Translations under genes and position numbers: made by a program
The notes under the pieces: model-generated
The model's input: only the letters and a program-made list of their open reading frames with translations
Told to the model about the DNA's origin: nothing
Databases searched by the model: none
Shown here: positions 60,772 to 64,000 of the stretch, in pieces
Layout of the letters: each line of letters opens with the position of its first letter
Numbering within the stretch: position 1 is the first letter of the stretch
DNA from: Pseudogymnoascus verrucosus
Taxonomy: Eukaryota
Length of the DNA: 64,000 bases
Assembly (NCBI GenBank): GCA_001662655.1
Contig: KV460248.1
Reading direction: 5' to 3' (one strand)

Positions 60772-62966
60772 CTACAATCTCGCTTTCCCGGAATTCAAAT
60801 TCTCCCAATGGCTTTCGGTGAATGGCTGGTATGTTTTCCCGCCTGCCTCGGCCCAAACGATCTCATCTCCCTTGTAGACCTTTGCTGGGTCGACGCCCTC
60901 TTCCCGTAGAGGAACCTTATTCTGCTTGTTGTTGTGGATGGGGGTCATGTTCTCGACGATTCGGAGGAAGATTGGCACGGCGTATTTGGGGAGGCGGGTT
61001 CGGGTGTGTCTGTGAAATGGTCAGAAAATGGATACCGTTAGATTCTCATATAAGGGGGGTATTACTGGAGCAATGCTGCGTAATCAAAGCTACCCCGCAC
61101 AGCAGGATCAATGTAGATGGCTGCACATCCGGCTAGAATAATGTTAGCTTTGAGAGCTAGAATGGGCCTTTAATATGACTTACCACGACCATCATGGTTT
61201 GGCAGTTGAACACCATAGACGTTCGCCTCCACAACACCCGGAAAGCTGCCGATCACCTCGGATACCTCCGCAGTGCTGACATTCTCTCCCTTCCATCTGA
61301 ACGTATCGCCCAGACGGTCCAGGAAGAACCACCGTCCGTCGTCAGTCCGCCTCAGCGCGTCTCCAGAGCGGTACCACAAGTCGCCCTTCTGGAAGACGTC
61401 ACGAATGAACTTCTTCTCCGTGGCACCAGGGTTGTTGTGGTAGCCCTGGAATGCCTTCTCGCTGGGCACGGCCACGAGCATCTCTCCGCCGACATCGTAT
61501 GGTTCCCTGATGGCGAATCCGGTCTTAGGATCGCGGAGGAGGTCTCCAGTACCTGGGTCACTACGAACTGGGACGAATGTGTTTTGAAGTAGACGGCGGC
61601 GGAGAATGCCATGGTGTCCAACGGATGTCGCGAGGTAATCACCTCTGCAGTAGTTAACGAGGGCAAAGACTCCCTCCGTCGAGTTGAAAAACTCAATAAT
61701 CTCCGTGATGCCAAAGCGGTCGCGAAACTTGATCCAGACATCAGGACGGAGGCCGTTTCCGTTCATTCCTCGGACTTCGTTCTGGAGGTCAAGTGGCGAT
61801 GGGGGTGCGGCCAGGAGGTATCGTGCGGTTTCTCCGACGTAGGTGATCCATGTTGCACGAGAGTCGCGCACCTCAGTCCAGAACTGGCTTGTGCTGAATT
61901 TCTTGCCAACGCAGAGCGTCATCCCAGTACAAAGTGCGTTGAGAGCTGCGCAGCCGCCAGTACCGTGGTAGAATGGCATACAGTCGTACCAACGGTCTGA
62001 ATCCACAGTTCGTGCTGTCCCGGCTTTGCGCTGAAAAGATGTTAGCCTGAGCACACAACGATGATTGAGATGGCTTACTTGTGAGCAAACCAAGTGCATT
62101 CGGTCTGTGTTGAATTGGCAACCTTTGGGCAATCCGGTGGTACCGCTTTCCAAGTGTTAGCTGGGCCAATAATCTTGCAAGTGTGGACTTACCTTGTGTA
62201 TAATAAGCACATTGGATCACTACCTTTCACATTGTCACGTAGTTCGTTTCCTGGTCTTTGCGCCGGCAGCGTAACAACGACGCTCTTTGCATCCTCTAGA
62301 TTCACACATCTCATGTTCAGCTGTCCCTCGATCACCGACTTGGATTCGTTGATTCTCGCTTGGAGGGCCTCATCGGCGTCAACCAGAAGTATAGTTGCAC
62401 CGCTGATCTTGAGGCAATGCACAAGTGCCTCACCTGCGAGGTTGTAGTTGATTAGGGCAGGCGCAGACCCAATAGACCACAGGGCAAGCCAGATTAGCAT
62501 GAAGTCGGGGGAATTCTGAAGGTAGACTCCAACGAGGTCCTTGGGCTTAACGCCCTCGGCCAGAAACCACTGGGCGTACTGGTGGACGCGATCGTAGGCC
62601 TGGGTCCAGGTGTAGCAACCTTCGCGGGACCATATGCACTCGTTATTCCCCCTTCGCAGCGCGCTTTCCTCCCAGAGGTAATAGAGACTGGCCTGCTTTC
62701 TCGCCACTAGGTATTGTCAGATATGAAGTTTTTGATGGCAAACAGTAAATACCGGCTTCTTCCCAAATCTGCCCGCCACGTTTAAAGCCCTTCAACGCTT
62801 TTATATCAGCCGCAATTCCAGTTTTGGCATCGATGTACATGGCGGCGGCAGTGGTGCCAGCAACCACTGCGGCTGCTGCGGCTGTTCCATATTGAAGTTA
62901 GCATCGCGGAAATTTCATACACAATAGCATTCTAAAAAAGCTTGATTCATTCTGTCCAGATACCAT
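60772..62966 (-). CDS. FATP-family very-long-chain acyl-CoA synthetase (Fat1/CefD1-like), peroxisomal
   Basis: LLYT|SGTTGLPKG, FFNSTEG, WYRSGDAL and FLDRLGDTFRWKGENVST. The C-terminus GKARL* is PTS1-like. Start at 62966 or 62930; multiple introns. Confidence 0.92.
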
Positions 62967-63064
62967 CAGATATCATCAAATCCCACATATTTATCATCAA
63001 CGGCTCCAGACCTTGGAACTCCGCTGATAATGTTATGTTGGTGATTTGGACAAGAATGCCTGTG

Positions 63065-63326
63065 GTGGGGTGCGGCAGTTGGGGCAAACGTGGGGAAGTG
63101 TGGGGAAGCGTACCGAAAGCCATGTCAGCAAAGTACGAGTCTTATTTCGAGGTGAATACGAAGAGAGTAGTATATAGCGATATAGAATGTACAGAACTGT
63201 AAGGACAAATTCGAAATATTAACAAGCAGTATGAAGGGCCAGTTTGAAATGGCCATCCATCTCTCTTTATTCATCCAAACGCGATCCTGGTGTGTACTAA
63301 CCTACAGAGAGACTAAAGCGCCGAGG
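63065..63326. promoter_or_regulatory. Candidate CreA (GTGGGG x3) and FarA/FarB (CCGAGG) sites upstream of the acyl-CoA synthetase
   Basis: GTGGGG at 63065, 63090 and 63100. CCGAGG (reverse complement of CCTCGG) at 63321. Confidence 0.4.
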
Positions 63327-63699
63327 TCCATCACTGACGCTGCAATAACCACGGCTAATAGGCAGCTAACCCCGCATAACATACACCTTGTCAGTGTTTT
63401 TGACCTTTGATCGTAGCTATATGTATGTTATGCACTCTAATAATCCATGAATAATACATCATCACAGGCTCAGTGCTCGGCAATTTTTGATCCGTAAGCC
63501 CGTTTATTTATTAGTTATTCGCTATATCGTTACTTTCGTCAACGCCCCTATGTCAGGAGCGCTAGCTAGAATACAAGGAGCCAGAACGAATGCGTACATT
63601 CACTCCAACTTTTCCATCCCAACGCCAGGCCATTTCCCCCCTTTCTCCACAAAGCCAATCCATATCTCACCGTCTCAAATCTAATTTCCCCGCGGGGGT

Positions 63700-64000
63700 T
63701 TAAGGTCGGCTCAGTGCCCACATAAAAACGAACTGGACGATATAAGAGTATAGGAAGAGGAACTGGGTTCGGCGGTTCTTCTGTGACCGTGCAACCGTAT
63801 GCATGGCCCCTCTGGAATTGTCCGTTGAGTTCTCTGGAAGGAGAACGTATTTGAGAGAGCGTAGCTAATTTTTGGTTAGAGAGTGCAATTCATAGGTCGG
63901 TTCATGACTTACCAAGAAGAACGCGTTTGCTAGGAATGTGTATCCGAATATCGTCCACCCCGCCCATCCCCCGGTACCTTGGCCTCTGTTTATTATTTCG
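63700..64000 (-). CDS. YIF1: YIF1/Hrf1 ER-Golgi transport protein, 3' end (runs off window end)
   Basis: Manual translation GWTIFGYTFLANAFFL|LRSLKYVLLP...QKNRRTQFLFLYSYIVQFVFMWALSRP*, with a GTAAGT...TAG intron near 63863-63913. Confidence 0.85.

Overview
This is a gene-dense, intron-containing region of a filamentous ascomycete. The gene set, GT-AG introns with CTAAC/CTGAC branch points and composition suggest a Leotiomycete such as Pseudogymnoascus, which is inference only. About 28 protein-coding genes could be recognised by eye, mostly housekeeping: EFR3 (partial), nimA kinase, ankyrin-BTB protein, TRP-like/FLC channel, rec8, MFS permease, nse3, SF3B5, MYND-like protein, TAD1, NT-C2 protein, a degenerate Rad51 paralog, Pal1, MED31, signal peptide peptidase, PPIL1, Sgf11-like, GNAT, HSPA12-type Hsp70, glucokinase, GPI thaumatin, small ankyrin protein, RPC11, ADE4, HhH-GPD glycosylase, MSC7-like ALDH, peroxisomal FATP acyl-CoA synthetase and YIF1 (partial). 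I found no rRNA, tRNA, CRISPR array or intact transposon. The central ~16-50 kb is compositionally distinct, with poly-C/poly-G tracts, N gaps and genes that are C-rich at the 5' end and G-rich at the 3' end. The least explained part is 45.7-48.6 kb: a degenerate repeat array with ~750-bp spacing, a GGTGAGA...GGCRGTGACA motif and an HNH-endonuclease relic. Other leads are a hairpin plus an intron in the long glucokinase leader, a Walker-A-less Rad51 paralog among several chromosome-maintenance genes, and several unusual introns. No clearly new multi-gene system could be established. All exon boundaries were inferred manually.
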